Positions 8,532 through 17,274 of a stretch of DNA of 41,696 nucleotides are shown piece after piece (position 1 is the first letter of the stretch; every line of letters begins with the position of its first letter). The DNA lies in assembly GCA_023248265.1 (NCBI GenBank), contig JAHFEZ010000003.1:1-41696 (forward strand), in the 5' to 3' direction. The stretch is from Deltaproteobacteria bacterium. GTDB lineage: Bacteria; Bdellovibrionota; JACOXK01; 2-02-FULL-40-11. The notes below the pieces were generated by a model, which made no database searches, was not told the origin of the DNA, and was given only the letters and a program-made list of their open reading frames with translations. The translations under genes and the position numbers were made by a program.

Positions 8532-9256
8532 CTTCCGCTGGCTCCTCCTCCTGAAAATCCACCCCCTCCACCAGACCAGCCCCCTCCTCCAAAACCTCCA
8601 CCGCCAAAACCTCCAAAAGATCCACCCCCTGAAAACCCACCGCCACCCCAATAAAACCCGCTGCCTAATCTACGCCTGCGATATCCAAATCCTGAGAAAG
8701 AGCCATATAGAACTAAGAAAAGAATAAAGAAAAATAATTTAAACCATTTTGAATCAAAATCTATTTCTCTGGTGCTATAGGCTCCCTCTAATTTTCCTCC
8801 GAATTTCTGAGCAATGGCATTTAACCCTATATAAATTCCAGAAACATAGTCTCCTTTTTTAAAATAAGGCACTATGAAACTAATAATTCTACCTGACTCC
8901 GCATCCGTAAGTTCTCCTTCTAATCCGCCCCCTACTTCAATTCGAATACTATGATCTTGATAGGCAATCAGCAAGATCACTCCACTATCAGAGCCCTTTT
9001 TCCCAATTTTCCATGCCTCTGCTAAACGAATAGAAAAATCTTCTAGGGCATCTCCTTCCAAAGATTTAAGAATGACCAATTGAATTTGCTTTCCTGTCTT
9101 AGAATAAAAAGAAGATAGAGAATTTTCTAAAGCCTGCTTTTGGTCAGAAGATAAAAGATGGGCTTCATCAACGACAGGCCCTGTTAGAGATGGCACTCCT
9201 CTACCTAAGGCTATTACCGGTAAAAACAGTAAAAAAATAAGGAATATTTTTTTCAA
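8525..9256 (-). CDS. TPM-domain protein with Gly-rich C-terminal tail (YgcG-like)
   Basis: 243-aa ORF. Signal peptide, TPM pattern (VVDEAHLLSS...QIQLVILKSLEG...RIEVGGGLEG), one TM helix, then a GGGFSGGG-type tail. 4-nt overlap with lemA. Confidence 0.85.
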   Translation of the reverse strand: MKKIFLIFLLFLPVIALGRGVPSLTGPVVDEAHLLSSDQKQALENSLSSFYSKTGKQIQLVILKSLEGDALEDFSIRLAEAWKIGKKGSDSGVILLIAYQDHSIRIEVGGGLEGELTDAESGRIISFIVPYFKKGDYVSGIYIGLNAIAQKFGGKLEGAYSTREIDFDSKWFKLFFFILFLVLYGSFSGFGYRRRRLGSGFYWGGGGFSGGGSFGGFGGGGFGGGGWSGGGGGFSGGGASGRW

Positions 9257-9834
9257 AATTCTACTTTAGGTGCTTCTTTTACTTTTTCTGGTTCATCGGC
9301 TACAAATTGAGGCTTTTTCTCATAGTGATAGAAAAAACCATTGGTCCAAGAACTGGGAGGCACAGTAATTTGATTATTATAATACTGCACCGCCTCAATG
9401 TAGCGTCGGCGAGAAATAGCAATCCGATTTTCTGTTCCTTCAAGCTGCACCTGAAGATCTCTAAAATTTTCATTCGCCTTTAGATCTGGATATTTTTCAA
9501 CCACCAATAAAAGTCGCGACAAGGCAGAACTCAATGCACTTTGCGCATCTTGAAACTTTTTTAAGTTCGCATCACTGAGTTGATCTACCTTGAGATTGAC
9601 TTTTGTCGCGTTGGCTCTGGCTTCCACCACAGCTTCCAACGTTTCTCGTTCATGCTTGGCGTAGCCTTTAACGGTATTCACCAAATTAGGAACAAGATCA
9701 GCACGTCTTTGATATTGATTTTGAACTTCTGCCCATCCAGCTTCAACCGCATTTTTAGATTTAGGAAGGGATTGAATTCCACATCCACTTAAAAAGAAGA
9801 TGGACATCATTAAAATAATATATTTTATTTTCAT
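9253..9834 (-). CDS. lemA: LemA-family lipoprotein
   Basis: 193-aa ORF. Lipobox FLSGC. LemA pattern (QRRADLVPNLVNTVKGYAKHERETL...NRIAISRRRYIEAVQYYN). Confidence 0.9.
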   Translation of the reverse strand: MKIKYIILMMSIFFLSGCGIQSLPKSKNAVEAGWAEVQNQYQRRADLVPNLVNTVKGYAKHERETLEAVVEARANATKVNLKVDQLSDANLKKFQDAQSALSSALSRLLLVVEKYPDLKANENFRDLQVQLEGTENRIAISRRRYIEAVQYYNNQITVPPSSWTNGFFYHYEKKPQFVADEPEKVKEAPKVEF

Positions 9835-9865
9835 AAAAATTTTCTCCTTTTGTCAGCTATATTAA

Positions 9866-10876
9866 TCACACTACATGAAAAATCAAGGTTGCAAGCCACC
9901 AGGTGACCGCAGCCATAAATGCGGAGGCAGGAATGGTCAGAACCCATGCCCACACAATGCGTTCTGCCACACCCCAGCGAACAGCTGAAAATTTATTTAC
10001 GGACCCCACTCCCATGATAGACCCCGTAATCGTATGCGTGGTAGACACAGGAATTCCCAGCCCTGTCGCAAGAAATAAAGTCATCGCCCCAGCTGTTTCA
10101 GCACAAAATCCACCGACAGGTTTAAGTTTTGTAATTTTCATCCCCATAGTTCTTACAATCCGCCATCCTCCAAATAAAGTTCCCAGCCCCATGGCTGCAT
10201 GACAAGATAATACGACCCACAGGGGCACATGAAACGTGGTTCCTAAAAATCCGGTAGAAAAAAGAAGGACTGTAATAATCCCCATCGTTTTTTGCGCGTC
10301 ATTGCCCCCATGCCCCAAACTATAGAGAGCCGCAGATAAAAACTGTAAAATTCTAAAATTCTGATCAATACGCCTGGGGGTTGCTTTAAAAAAAACAATA
10401 GAAATAGCGGCCATAAATATAAAAGCCAAAGCAAATCCCAAAAGTGGAGAAATGACAATTGAAACAACAATTTTAGTAAAACCCGCCGTTTGAAGTGCCC
10501 CCACACCCGCCTTTGCTACGGCTGCGCCTGCCAGTCCCCCAATGAGTGCATGAGAAGAGCTCGAGGGGATCCCATAATACCACGTAATCAAATCCCAAAT
10601 GATGGCTCCCATGAGCGCCGCAAAAACAACTATGGGATCTATCACTGTAGGATTAACCACTCCTTTTCCAATAGTATTGGCCACGTGAAGGCCAAAGAAA
10701 AGAAAAGCAATGAAATTAAAAAAAGCTGCCCACACGACTGCCCATTGAGGTTTTAAAACACGCGTAGAAACAATCGTGGCAATGGAATTGGCCGCATCGT
10801 GAAAGCCATTAATAAAATCAAACGCCAGCGCAACAATGATGATAAAAATAATAAGAGCGAGGCTTGCTTCAGGCAT
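9866..10876 (-). CDS. pit: Inorganic phosphate transporter, PiT family
   Basis: 336-aa polytopic ORF with the duplicated PiT signatures GFHDAANSIAT and GHGGNDAQKTMG. Overlaps the DUF47 gene by 8 nt. Confidence 0.92.
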   Translation of the reverse strand: MPEASLALIIFIIIVALAFDFINGFHDAANSIATIVSTRVLKPQWAVVWAAFFNFIAFLFFGLHVANTIGKGVVNPTVIDPIVVFAALMGAIIWDLITWYYGIPSSSSHALIGGLAGAAVAKAGVGALQTAGFTKIVVSIVISPLLGFALAFIFMAAISIVFFKATPRRIDQNFRILQFLSAALYSLGHGGNDAQKTMGIITVLLFSTGFLGTTFHVPLWVVLSCHAAMGLGTLFGGWRIVRTMGMKITKLKPVGGFCAETAGAMTLFLATGLGIPVSTTHTITGSIMGVGSVNKFSAVRWGVAERIVWAWVLTIPASAFMAAVTWWLATLIFHVV

Positions 10877-11495
10877 ACTCTAAAACGATACCTTCAATAA
10901 TATTGGCCACATCTTCACAACGATCCGTCACAACTTCCAAAAGTTCATAAATTTCTTTAAGTTTAATGAGCTGGCGGGTATCTGGCTCTTCCTTAAAAAG
11001 CTTTGAAATGGCAGACCTCAAAAGCGTGTCCGCTTCATTTTCAAGGCGATTGATCTCCACACAATCTTTAATCATTTCTTGAGGTTTTTTCAGATTACTC
11101 AACCCTCGAACCGCTCGCTTAATACATTCTGCAGAGCGAATACAGACGTCTGACATCTGTAAAGCATCTTGAGGAATAGCGGTAATCCCATACAAAACAA
11201 TTCTTTGCGATGCGGCTTCAATAATATCTACCACATCATCCATTTTGCTGATCAGCTGATGAATTTCTTCTCGATCAATGGGCGTAATAAATGTTTTATG
11301 AAGCATTTCCACCGTTTGATGCGTCACATCGTCTGCTCTATGCTCAATATCTTTAATCGTGTGGGCGTGACTTTCAGCATGAGGCAGATCCGAAAGCATT
11401 TTTTTAAATTGTTGTGCAGCTTCTTCAATGAGATTTGAGCTTTGTTCAAAAAGGTCAAAGAACCGACCTTCGCGAGGCATAATTTTACTCAGCAT
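10869..11495 (-). CDS. DUF47/PhoU-like phosphate-transport regulator (TIGR00153-like)
   Basis: Start moved to ATG 11495, with GGAGG 6 nt upstream. The longer track start lies inside the predicted -10 box. N-terminus MLSKIMPREGRFFDLFEQ is typical of PiT-associated DUF47 proteins. Confidence 0.88.
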   Translation of the reverse strand: MLSKIMPREGRFFDLFEQSSNLIEEAAQQFKKMLSDLPHAESHAHTIKDIEHRADDVTHQTVEMLHKTFITPIDREEIHQLISKMDDVVDIIEAASQRIVLYGITAIPQDALQMSDVCIRSAECIKRAVRGLSNLKKPQEMIKDCVEINRLENEADTLLRSAISKLFKEEPDTRQLIKLKEIYELLEVVTDRCEDVANIIEGIVLEYA

Positions 11496-11539
11496 ATAAG
11501 ACCTCCATGAATCCTGACACCTTTCGACTGTTCGCAGGC

Positions 11540-11607
11540 ACATTAGCGAATTGAGACGCTGAGTGTCAATGTAATTCTCTTAATTCACACAATTTTCTTA
11601 ATTCACA
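11540..11607 (-). promoter_or_regulatory. Promoter of the DUF47-pit-lemA-TPM operon with upstream direct repeats
   Basis: Minus strand: TTGACA (11569-11564), 18-nt spacer, TAATGT (11545-11540). Immediately upstream, the 12-mer TGTGAATTAAGA occurs twice (11578-11589 and 11596-11607 on plus) with an 18-bp period. Confidence 0.5.
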
Positions 11608-11612
11608 AAATT

Positions 11613-12641
11613 TTATTTTTGGGCATAGATGGTTCGGGTAGGATACGGAATAACAATATTTTCTTTTTGAAAACGCTGGTGCAAATTTTTAATAAATTGA
11701 GATTTGATGCCCGCATGATCCACATAGCGCTTAGCTGCTAATAAAATAACCAACTGAATCCCAGAATCTGCAAATTCTTGAAAAATGACCTTGGGCTCAA
11801 ACTCTGAAACGGCTGCAGGGTGTTCTTTTAGAATTTTTTTAGCTTCTTCTAGAATTATTTTTTCTACTTTCTCTAAATCACTGTCATAATGAATACTTAC
11901 GCTGATCTTAAATGTGGTTTTAGGTTCAGGGTAATCATAATTGGTAATAATACTTGAAGCCAATTTTGAATTGGGAATGATAACCATATCATTAGATAAA
12001 AGTCGAATACGGGTCGTTCTCCACCCCACCACATCCACAGTTCCTTGCCTGCCATCATCCAAAGCAATGAATTGACCTGGAGTCATCGGACGATCGGTTA
12101 GAAGATGCATCCCAGAAAAAGCATTCACCAAGGTATCTTGAAGGGCCAATGCAATCGCTGCAGAACCAATCCCTAAAGAAGCCACAAAGGGCGTAATAGA
12201 AACACCGATGGCATACAACACAAAAAGAGCAGCAAAAATAATGAGAGTGAGATGAACAATGGTTGAAATTAATTTTTGAGAAGTTTGAAGATGAGGATTT
12301 TTTTTAGCATAAAGCCGAAACATTCCCACCAAAAAGCGATCACAAAAGTATAATGCAGACAAAATCACAAAAAGACGTCCAGCTTCCGAAACATACGGAG
12401 AAAGCTCTGAGGGAAGATTGACAAAATATCTGGCAATCCAAAGAGATAAAACAATCATTAAGAAATTCAGAGGAACGCTGGCAGCGCTGACTAAAACATC
12501 ATCCCATTCCACTTCTGTTTTACGTGCCCATAAAAGCAACCTTGAAACTAAAATTCTTTTTAAGACAAAAAAGAATCCTAAAAATAAAGCAAAAACAAGA
12601 AGCGGCAAAATCCAAGAAACCACAACATGTACATCATTCAT
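11613..12641 (-). CDS. mscS: Small-conductance mechanosensitive channel (MscS family)
   Basis: 342-aa ORF. N-terminal TM helices, then the MscS core ALQDTLVNAFSGMHLLTDRP...GTVDVVGWRTTRIRLLSNDMVIIPNSKL. Confidence 0.88.
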   Translation of the reverse strand: MNDVHVVVSWILPLLVFALFLGFFFVLKRILVSRLLLWARKTEVEWDDVLVSAASVPLNFLMIVLSLWIARYFVNLPSELSPYVSEAGRLFVILSALYFCDRFLVGMFRLYAKKNPHLQTSQKLISTIVHLTLIIFAALFVLYAIGVSITPFVASLGIGSAAIALALQDTLVNAFSGMHLLTDRPMTPGQFIALDDGRQGTVDVVGWRTTRIRLLSNDMVIIPNSKLASSIITNYDYPEPKTTFKISVSIHYDSDLEKVEKIILEEAKKILKEHPAAVSEFEPKVIFQEFADSGIQLVILLAAKRYVDHAGIKSQFIKNLHQRFQKENIVIPYPTRTIYAQK

Positions 12642-14340
12642 GCGACTTAACCCACGCTTCCACCATTTCTTTAAGGGTTAACAAAGGTACAGGGCCACTG
12701 AGCAGCACTAAGTCATGAAATTTTCGAATATCAAACTTATTCTTTAATTTCTTTTTGGCCTCCTCTCGCAAATCATAAATAGCTCGTTGCCCAACCTTAT
12801 AGGCCAACGCCTGCCCCGGCCACACAATATAGCGATCAATTTCATTGTTCATTTCCATCTCATTGGCCGTGCGTGTTTCTTTCATAAAATTAAGCGCTTT
12901 CTCCCTTGACCATCCAAAATAATGAATTCCCGTATCCACCACCAATCGAATCGCACGCCAGGCCTGATCCATCAGCATCCCTACCCGTTGAAGTTCAGAA
13001 GAATATGCCCCCATTTCATCCGCCAAGCGTTCGGTATAATGTGCCCATCCTTCAATGTAGGCCGTAAATCCCAAATGCTTTTGAAATTTAGGAATATCTT
13101 TTTGTTCAGTTGCAAGAGCAATTTGAAGATGATGCCCAGGAATGGCCTCATGATAGGCCAAGGTCTCCATTGAATAATTCGCCCATTCTTGAGGTTTTAA
13201 GGTATTCATCCAAAATATGCCCGGACGGCTCCCATCTTCGGTAGGAGGATAATAATAGGCCGCAGGAGCTGAAGCCGCTTTAAGCTTATCCATCGCTTTG
13301 ACTTCGAATGGAATCGTTGGAAGTGTTCCAAAGTAACGAGGCAGAAATGTTTTCATTCGATTGAGAGCCATAGTGTGCCCCTCCATGAGCTGCTCAGAGG
13401 TCTCGTAATAATTAGAACGATCTGTCTTAATTTTTTCTAGAAAACTTTTGACATCCCCCTGATGACCTAATTTTTGCGCAATCGCTAAAATTTCTTCTTT
13501 ATTTTTTTGGAGTTCGTCTAATCCAATTTGATGAAGTTCTTCTGGAGTTTTATCTGTCGTTGTATGAGCCCTCACCCGAAAAGCATAATTTTCACGCCCT
13601 TGAGGGATGGCAGAAACTCCCACTTCTTTACGTGCACGATCTTTATATTCTGTCTGCAAAAATTTTAACAACTTTTCATAGGCCGGAACAACAGTGGCAC
13701 GAATTGTTTTTTCAAACACCCCTGAGTATTTCTGCTGATCTTTTTTAGAAAAACTTGCTGGAAATCTCTTAAGAGGTTCCGAAAAACGAGTTTCTAAAGG
13801 ATTCATTTGGACAAATTTTTGAAGCTGATCCACCACACGGTCATACGCCACATACGGAGCTACCCGTCCTGATTTTAATCCATCTCTTAAATCCCCCAGA
13901 TATTGATCCATGTATTTTGGAATCGATTTATATCGCTTGAGTAAATCATCATAATTTTTCTTTGTTTTGAGAGGATGAATATCTAACAAATCCATCAACT
14001 GAATATGAGGGCCACTCAATTGATCTAAGTTCCATTCCCAATCTTTAAATTTTTGAGACTCCATATATTCTTTCAACTTGAGCTCTAAAATTCGATAGGT
14101 CACTTTTTCTCTCTGAGTCAACTTTGCCAGATTTATTTTTTTGAGCCGTTTTAAAAACGCCTGATTTGCTGCCACCTGTTTTTTACGGGGCTGATGACCA
14201 AATTCCTCTAACCGTCCATTATATCGTGGATCCCCTAAAAACGTCGCCCATGTGGGACATGTTTTTAATACAAATTCCCAATAGTCTTTTCCAAGCTTAT
14301 CTAATTCTTGAGATATTGTTTTCTTTACTTTAGATACCAT
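12634..14340 (-). CDS. DUF885-family protein (metallopeptidase-like)
   Basis: 568-aa ORF. HEAIPGHHLQ motif and the DUF885 overall pattern. 8-nt overlap with mscS, and 2 nt after arfB. Confidence 0.8.
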   Translation of the reverse strand: MVSKVKKTISQELDKLGKDYWEFVLKTCPTWATFLGDPRYNGRLEEFGHQPRKKQVAANQAFLKRLKKINLAKLTQREKVTYRILELKLKEYMESQKFKDWEWNLDQLSGPHIQLMDLLDIHPLKTKKNYDDLLKRYKSIPKYMDQYLGDLRDGLKSGRVAPYVAYDRVVDQLQKFVQMNPLETRFSEPLKRFPASFSKKDQQKYSGVFEKTIRATVVPAYEKLLKFLQTEYKDRARKEVGVSAIPQGRENYAFRVRAHTTTDKTPEELHQIGLDELQKNKEEILAIAQKLGHQGDVKSFLEKIKTDRSNYYETSEQLMEGHTMALNRMKTFLPRYFGTLPTIPFEVKAMDKLKAASAPAAYYYPPTEDGSRPGIFWMNTLKPQEWANYSMETLAYHEAIPGHHLQIALATEQKDIPKFQKHLGFTAYIEGWAHYTERLADEMGAYSSELQRVGMLMDQAWRAIRLVVDTGIHYFGWSREKALNFMKETRTANEMEMNNEIDRYIVWPGQALAYKVGQRAIYDLREEAKKKLKNKFDIRKFHDLVLLSGPVPLLTLKEMVEAWVKSHE

Positions 14341-14342
14341 AG

Positions 14343-14753
14343 TTATTCCTCCTTGAAATGCACAGACTTTCTAAGCCCCTTTTTTAACGAATGTGCTTTT
14401 TTATTGGCAAGCATTTTTTCTTTGGCTTTTCGCGATCGTCTCTTTTTTTGTTTACGAATGCGATAGATTTCCAATTCTTTTTCAGTTTTTTGTTTTAAAA
14501 TCTGGGCTTCATATTTTTCACATAAAATGCGTCTTGCAAAAAATCTATTCTCAGTTTGGCTTCTAGATATTTGACATTTGACTTCTACGCCTGTGGGCCT
14601 ATGAATCAAACGAACACAACTAGAACTTTTATTGACCTTTTGTCCTCCCGCACCCCCAGATCGAATAAAAGACTCTTCCAGATCTTCTTCTCGAATCCCT
14701 AAATCTTTCATCCGCGCTTCTAGCGCTTTTTCTTTATCTAAAGAAACAGGCAT
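14343..14753 (-). CDS. arfB: ArfB-type ribosome-rescue peptidyl-tRNA hydrolase (RF-1 domain protein)
   Basis: 136-aa ORF. GGQ motif (SGGAGGQKVNKSSS) followed by a strongly basic tail (RKQKKRRSRKAKEK...). Confidence 0.8.
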   Translation of the reverse strand: MPVSLDKEKALEARMKDLGIREEDLEESFIRSGGAGGQKVNKSSSCVRLIHRPTGVEVKCQISRSQTENRFFARRILCEKYEAQILKQKTEKELEIYRIRKQKKRRSRKAKEKMLANKKAHSLKKGLRKSVHFKEE

Positions 14754-14809
14754 TCACTCAACATAAGGAAATTGCTTCCCTAGCGTCAAGGCATTTTTTA
14801 AAAACACGT

Positions 14810-14933
14810 GTAATCCCTCAGTTTTGGGGGAATACTGCGTTCTCAGTCGTCGGGCTCCTCGACGTACATAATAGTACGCCTGCGTCGCCCTCCTCCCTGC
14901 GGACTTGTCTTCCCCTCAAACCTGAGGGATTAC
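14810..14933 (-). repeat. GC-rich nested-palindrome element, copy 1 (candidate structured RNA, terminator or miniature mobile element)
   Basis: Perfect 12-bp closing helix GTAATCCCTCAG/CTGAGGGATTAC, extendable. Its core is homologous to 29093-29218. On the minus strand it is followed by ACGTG+TTTTT. It lies 40 nt after the stop of the 766-aa gene. Confidence 0.85.
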
Positions 14934-14973
14934 AAATCGGATATCCCCCATAACTGAGGCCTTACAAATACGT

Positions 14974-17274
14974 TTAAGGAACAGTGGCCAGTTCTTTAAA
15001 AATAGTAGCGAAAAGACGGACAAGACGAAGGCGATCGCTCCGCGTTTTTTTCTTTGGCAAAAGCACATCAAAAACACTCTCTGGAAATTCTCCTTGTGTC
15101 ACAATATATTCAAACACTTTACGATTTATTTCTTCTTGAGGGACGATCTGTTGCAGCTCCTCCTTAAAAACATGCGGTATACAACTCAAGATTCCAGATA
15201 AAATACTATGATCTTTGGATGCGTTTCCTTTTTGATATTTTTCAATCATGGCTGCTATGATAGGTGAAAAGTGACGATACATGACACTTACTTCCTCTTG
15301 ATTTAAAACACCATCAGAATCTGTATCATAACGAATGAAAAATACTTCTATCAAACGAACAATAGCAAAAATAGATTCTAGCTCTGATGTAGAAATTACC
15401 TGGAGATCTTTCCTTCCCACAATAGCGATAATAGATTCAACATAGCGCTTTAATTCATCGTGAGTAAAAGACTTCATCGCATTTGGGAAATACCATTGAA
15501 GCGTTGGAACTTCTTGTAAAACATCCATCAATCCTTCTCTTTTTAATCCTTTTTCTTCGCTTTGGGGAAATTCAGTATAAAAACTTTCTAACCGAACATC
15601 TCTAAAAAACCATGTGGCTGCCCTAGAATTTTCTAGAACAAAACTGGTTGTTTCTAAAATTTCATACTGATCTAAAGCCTGATCTCCATTGCTGTTATAA
15701 AGCAACTGATCCGAAAGAAGCGTAATAATCCTTCCTAATGAAAGTGTATCTAGAGCCAGAGGGTCTGTCCAAACTTGATGGGCCTCTTTACTTTTTTCTT
15801 GAGACAGTTCTCCTTCTGTCAACAAATCTAATCCCTTCAATAACTTTTGGATGGTTGAAATTAAAGAAGTTAATTCTAATGTCCCAATTTCAGAAAAATC
15901 ACTACCGGCATCGCCAGCAGCATCATACGAATATCTAAGAGACAACTTTCCATCATGGTCTGTATCATAGGCTTGAATGGCGCGATTAACCAACACACGG
16001 GCCACCTGCGTTAATAAAAAATTATTTTTATAAACAAAAGTTCTTTTTTCAAAAGGTGTGGTCCAAAAATAAAGCGTCTTTTGAAAATCTGGGCCTTTTT
16101 GAGAAATCGTAAGAGAATTATCTTGAAAGAACCAAACACCTTGCCCATAAGCCTCAATAGTATCATGAAATACAGATAGGAGCTGTATACTTTCCTCTCG
16201 TCCAAAAGCCTCTAAAGACCCACCAAAAATTTGTTTTTTAAATGCCAAAACAGCATCCACAAAATCTGTTGCTTTGCCATGAACGTGCGCATAAAGAAGC
16301 TCAAGCAATTGAACCAGATCGTTTTTTTGAAGGACAGACTGGTCTGTTTTTAAAAAAAGAGAAAATAAATATTCTAAAAGTTTTTCGTATGAGTTTAAAA
16401 AAAATAAAGTTTCTTGAGGCGTCCAAATGGGCTGCTCTTGTAATAGCTTAATGTCACACACCTGATGATAGACAAATTCAAGATGGGTCAACAAAGCATC
16501 GACTTCTTCTCCTGCCATCACATCTTTTTCATGCCCCAACAAAACATGGTTGGCCAAATAACCTGCTTGAATATACTGAGATCCTATTTCTTCTTCTAAC
16601 TGATCCCACAATTGATATTGCTTAAGAATAAGATCTTTAGGAATCGCATGGGGAATTTTGCCCTCTTTATTTTTCAAAAGCTCTTTAATGATTTGCATAT
16701 ACAAAGAAAACATTTTTTTCCGAAGTTCCCAAAAACGAGCCTGATCTTTTGACACTTTTTGGTATTCAGAAAAAAGAAGGGATAACTGAGGGACAAGGTC
16801 ACCCACACGATGAACTCTGAATAGCATCTCTTTTACTTCTGAAAAACTAATCATGTCATTCGATAGCCCTGACGAAGGTCTCGGCCGAGCACCCAAAAGA
16901 ATATCTCTAAATGAAAAAAGGCGTTCCAGCCAAAGCATCAACCCTTCTGGATTTCCTAAAATATGTGATTGCAGCAATACAGATATCTCTCGCAGGGTAA
17001 GTTGCCCTGTATTTTTTGAAACAATTTTATCAGAAATGGCATCTATGGCTTGAACAGCACATTCAACAACAGAATGAATATCGGAGGATTGAAGTGCTCC
17101 CTGAAGATATTTTTGAGCCATCCCTTCCAAATCTATTTGACACGAAGCGCCCCCCGAAGTTTGGCTTGAGTTAAGCTTGGGTACCTTCATAGGCAAAGGC
17201 TCTTCTCCGTACCACTTCCCACATCCCACACAGGCCAAAAAAAGTCCTAATAATAGCGTAGGCCTAAAATACAT
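14974..17274 (-). CDS. Large probable lipoprotein with two EF-hand-like Ca-binding loops, function unknown
   Basis: 766-aa ORF. Signal peptide with Cys-containing end (LFLACVGCG). DTDHDGKLSLRY is encoded at 15931-15966. The canonical DxDxDGxLxxEE loop DTDSDGVLNQEE is encoded at 15292-15327. Confidence 0.7.
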   Translation of the reverse strand: MYFRPTLLLGLFLACVGCGKWYGEEPLPMKVPKLNSSQTSGGASCQIDLEGMAQKYLQGALQSSDIHSVVECAVQAIDAISDKIVSKNTGQLTLREISVLLQSHILGNPEGLMLWLERLFSFRDILLGARPRPSSGLSNDMISFSEVKEMLFRVHRVGDLVPQLSLLFSEYQKVSKDQARFWELRKKMFSLYMQIIKELLKNKEGKIPHAIPKDLILKQYQLWDQLEEEIGSQYIQAGYLANHVLLGHEKDVMAGEEVDALLTHLEFVYHQVCDIKLLQEQPIWTPQETLFFLNSYEKLLEYLFSLFLKTDQSVLQKNDLVQLLELLYAHVHGKATDFVDAVLAFKKQIFGGSLEAFGREESIQLLSVFHDTIEAYGQGVWFFQDNSLTISQKGPDFQKTLYFWTTPFEKRTFVYKNNFLLTQVARVLVNRAIQAYDTDHDGKLSLRYSYDAAGDAGSDFSEIGTLELTSLISTIQKLLKGLDLLTEGELSQEKSKEAHQVWTDPLALDTLSLGRIITLLSDQLLYNSNGDQALDQYEILETTSFVLENSRAATWFFRDVRLESFYTEFPQSEEKGLKREGLMDVLQEVPTLQWYFPNAMKSFTHDELKRYVESIIAIVGRKDLQVISTSELESIFAIVRLIEVFFIRYDTDSDGVLNQEEVSVMYRHFSPIIAAMIEKYQKGNASKDHSILSGILSCIPHVFKEELQQIVPQEEINRKVFEYIVTQGEFPESVFDVLLPKKKTRSDRLRLVRLFATIFKELATVP

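Noticed and set aside
8532-8651. W/R-rich 40-aa N-terminal extension (MGWRWVFRGWIFWRFWRW...) of the track ORF 7920-8651.
   Set aside because: It is the alternate reading frame of the GGGFSGGG-encoding tail of the upstream TPM gene. The family-typical N-terminus starts at ATG 8531, just before that gene's stop.
11496-11543. Longer start (MCLRTVERCQDSWRSY...) for the DUF47 gene.
   Set aside because: There is no RBS, the extension is not family-like, and its ATG lies within the predicted -10 hexamer. ATG 11495 has GGAGG at ideal spacing.
14810-14933. Possibility that the GC-rich elements are hammerhead or twister ribozymes, integron attC sites or retron msr/msd.
   Set aside because: I could not find the CUGANGA...GAAA hammerhead core, or RYYYAAC/GTTRRRY attC boundaries. 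No integrase or reverse transcriptase is nearby. The question is left open rather than assigned.
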